The translations under genes and the position numbers were made by a program. The notes beneath the pieces are model-generated. The model was given only the letters and a program-made list of their open reading frames with translations. It did no database searches and had not been told where the DNA came from. A stretch of DNA of 54,068 nt from Octopus bimaculoides. Its lineage: Eukaryota. Shown in pieces: positions 51,348 through 54,068 of this stretch (its first letter is position 1; each line of letters starts with the position of its first letter). The stretch is taken from the NCBI RefSeq assembly GCF_001194135.2, contig NC_068995.1, positions 8,920,225 to 8,974,292 of the forward strand. Reading direction: 5' to 3'.

Positions 51348-52975
51348 ATGAGGAACCACACTGGATACGAAAAATCAGATACTTGTTCAAACCTTCAAGA
51401 AACACGGGAGCTGGATGTATCCCACAACCGAAATATTCCAACAGATGGCCATGCAGACTCGTCATCAAATAACCAAGAGAAAAAGAATGAAAAATGGTCA
51501 AGGGGAGGTAATAAGGATGTTCTTGAGGCCTACTATCATACCTTGCATTTCCCCACAAACAAATCTAATACTGAACAAACCTACCTAAACTGAAGAGAGA
51601 AACATCTTGATGTAAGATCTTACATAGATAGTAACAAACTTACCAGAGTCAGAAGAATTATTATAAAAAAGAAATGATTAACTGATTTAGAGATTGACCA
51701 CATTCAACAATCAGTAAGGGATGTAAGAAACGAAGTTGCAGCTAATGATACTACTGAGGAAATAATTACAGACCAGCCCAGGTCTCATGAAAATGCAGTA
51801 ATGATAGAAAGAGTTAATGGAATTGATAAACAAAATGAAATACTCTCTGAACCAACCATAAACACGAAAGCAGATGAAAATCAAATTGATGAAGAAAGTC
51901 ACACAGAAATTGACCCAACTAAACTAGATGATCTAAAAGATGAAATCACGATTGAATGGCTGCAATTTAAAGAAACCAGTTTGAATAAACGTGACACTCT
52001 CCCAAAAGTCTTCAACTCTAACCAAAACTTGAAAGTAATTGGTAAAATTCGCCTTGCACTTAAGGACATAATTTCAGCTAATGATGTTGATATTACAGAT
52101 CTCAATCACCTGTACTATGTATCCACGAAGATCTCTATTTATTTGGCAAGAGCATATTCAACACCAAATTCAGGTATTTGAGTCTGACATAGAATGTTTT
52201 AAAAGCCTAAAGTTTGACAAGAATATCAAGCCAATAAAATCCAAATATTAAAGAATAAATATTATATGGAAACGATGTTTTACATCAATACCACCATAGA
52301 AACCATCAAGCAAAAGGTATGTGCTAAAGCTGTCCGCATAGAAAGACATGAAAAGCTCGTTAGATTTTTCAAGGACAACATGTTCAAAAATAACCCAAAA
52401 GATTTTTACAGGAAGATAGGGAAAATACCAGTTACAATAAAGTCTGTCCTGTCAAAAGAAGTGCATAAATTTTGGAATAAAATTTGGGCAGAAAAATAAA
52501 CGCACAATTAAAAGGTCCCCTTGGATTTATAGAATATCTACTTACTTAGACAACTTAGAAGAGTAAAATTGGGAGGGCATCAAAGTAGAGGATGCAAGAT
52601 CTCTCCGGAAATGAAGCAAATGGAAGTCGCTAGAAAAAGGATAAAATTTCTAACTTCTGGTTGAATGCCTTCTCAGAGAGTCATGAATTGCTAACAAAAC
52701 TTTACAGCAATTTTTTTGCAACAGCCTAGTACGATTTCTTCTGGGCTAGTTAATACAGTTACATTTTTATTTCAAATAAATAAAGAAACAGATGGACCAA
52801 AAAATCATGGACCCATAACCTGCTTAACTGCAGTGTATAAAATACAGACATCTGTGTTGACTAAATATACCTATATTCTATAAACTGAAAGTAGCATCTT
52901 CCTTAATGAGCAAAAAGTTTGTAAACGTACGTCTTATGGTTGTAAAGATCAGGTACTCATGAATAAGATGCACTA
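51348..52975 (+). mobile_element. Decayed R4/Dong-like retrotransposon, ORF N-terminus to start of RT; 3'-truncated
   Basis: KWSRGGNKDVLEAYY...TYLN*REKH..SYIDSNKLTRVRRII (N-terminal Myb-like region); ITDLNHLYY; IKQKVCAKAVRIERHEK..FKNNPKDFYRKIG..EVHKFWNKIW; KNHGPITCLTAVYKIQTSVL and EQKVCKRTSYGCKDQVLMNK (RT motifs PITCL, EQKG, GCKDQL). Many stops and frameshifts. Confidence 0.9.
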
Positions 52976-54023
52976 TAGGTATCTGAACATTTGTGATCTA
53001 TTTCTATCAGACTGGTGTTGCAATCATTCGATACCCTTACTATAATTTATATATATATATATATATATATACCATCACATATATAGATACCATCATCAGG
53101 AAGCCGCTTTCGAATATGTGCCGCTTTCATTTTTTCATTAATTTCTGCAACATGAATTTAAAAGTACAACCAATTACACACATATATACATTAACACTGG
53201 CTAAGCATAAAGGTATATGAATATATTTATCTAAGTACAAGTATATACACACACAAAAATATATATCTATACACACAAATATGTATCTATACACACACAC
53301 ATATGTATACATTGAAGAAATATATTTGCATTTATACAGCTCCTTAGTGGTCTATCAGCGTATATGTATACACACATACACACACAAGCACATATACACA
53401 TATGAAAACATGTATATATTTTCTGGTTGTTTCTGTGTGCAGAGAAAGTTTTAACTAGGACTAAGAGTTTGCTTGCGGTAAGGAGATTCGGTTCTAAAGC
53501 TGCATCGTATTTCTCAAGTATTGCTAGGTTAAAGGTGCACTGCGGATAGAGTGTTTGGAATTCACAGAATATAGAATAAGTAGTCAGAGACTTCCAATAG
53601 ATATTTGGCCGTGTATTATCTGGCGATACTAAACAAATAGGCTACAACACACAGAGGCACACACTCATGCACACATGCACACAACTACGCGTGCGTGCGA
53701 ACGCTCCGTCTACAATTACATTTCCAAGTGTACACACGTTTATTTAAACATAAATATACAGGCACATAAGAATAAATAAATATCTATATATGTGTCTCTG
53801 TGTGTGTATGTGTGAGTGTGTGAACGTGAGCGTGTGGTGTTTGTGCGTGTATGCGTGTGTGTGATTTTGTGTTTATGTGTGTGGGTATGTGTCTTTTTGT
53901 AAGTGTTGTGTGGAGGTAAAATTGTTAAGAATGCTTACCGGTGGCATACACATTTAAAAAAAATAGAACGGAAAAAGAAAGACCTGTGGGAAAGGTAGTG
54001 TATACATACATACATACATGCAT

Positions 54024-54056
<33 letters not shown>

Positions 54057-54068
54057 AATATATATATA

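Noticed and set aside
1-54068. CRISPR array, rRNA, prokaryotic operon or viral gene cluster
   Set aside because: No regularly interspaced repeats, rRNA motifs or dense ORFs; the window is eukaryotic repeat-rich DNA.

Overview
AT-rich eukaryotic, non-genic-looking DNA from a draft assembly with 14 N-gaps, most of them inside (TA)n tracts. Extreme microsatellite density plus several tRNA-derived SINE families that I recognise from memory suggest an octopod cephalopod (Octopus); this is inference, not a database result. I found no intact protein-coding gene, and almost every ORF in the track is translated microsatellite or N-gap. The identifiable content is transposable-element debris. (1) About 15 copies or fragments of tRNA-derived SINEs, labelled A, B/B2 and C-D for this report only. 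(2) Six fragments of restriction-like-endonuclease (RLE) non-LTR retrotransposons of the R4/Dong type: three stacked head-to-tail through (TAA)n tracts at 26.1-27.6 kb, two of a distinct lineage starting right after (TACA)n tracts, and one 5' portion with the start of the RT at 51.3-53.0 kb. (3) Two decayed CR1/L2-group LINE pieces. (4) A Penelope-like element 3' end with a GIY-YIG remnant and a minimal hammerhead-ribozyme fold that has a non-canonical core base. (5) A Tc1/mariner end and a TA-flanked MITE. (6) A ~430-bp foldback palindrome. A few unique islands are weak host-exon candidates; the best is a minus-strand TATA/Inr-ATG-GTGAGT unit at 6135-6570. I see no strong evidence for a wholly new system. 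The best leads are the variant hammerhead, apparent microsatellite-targeted RLE retroelements (especially the (TACA)n-associated lineage) and modular SINE exchange.
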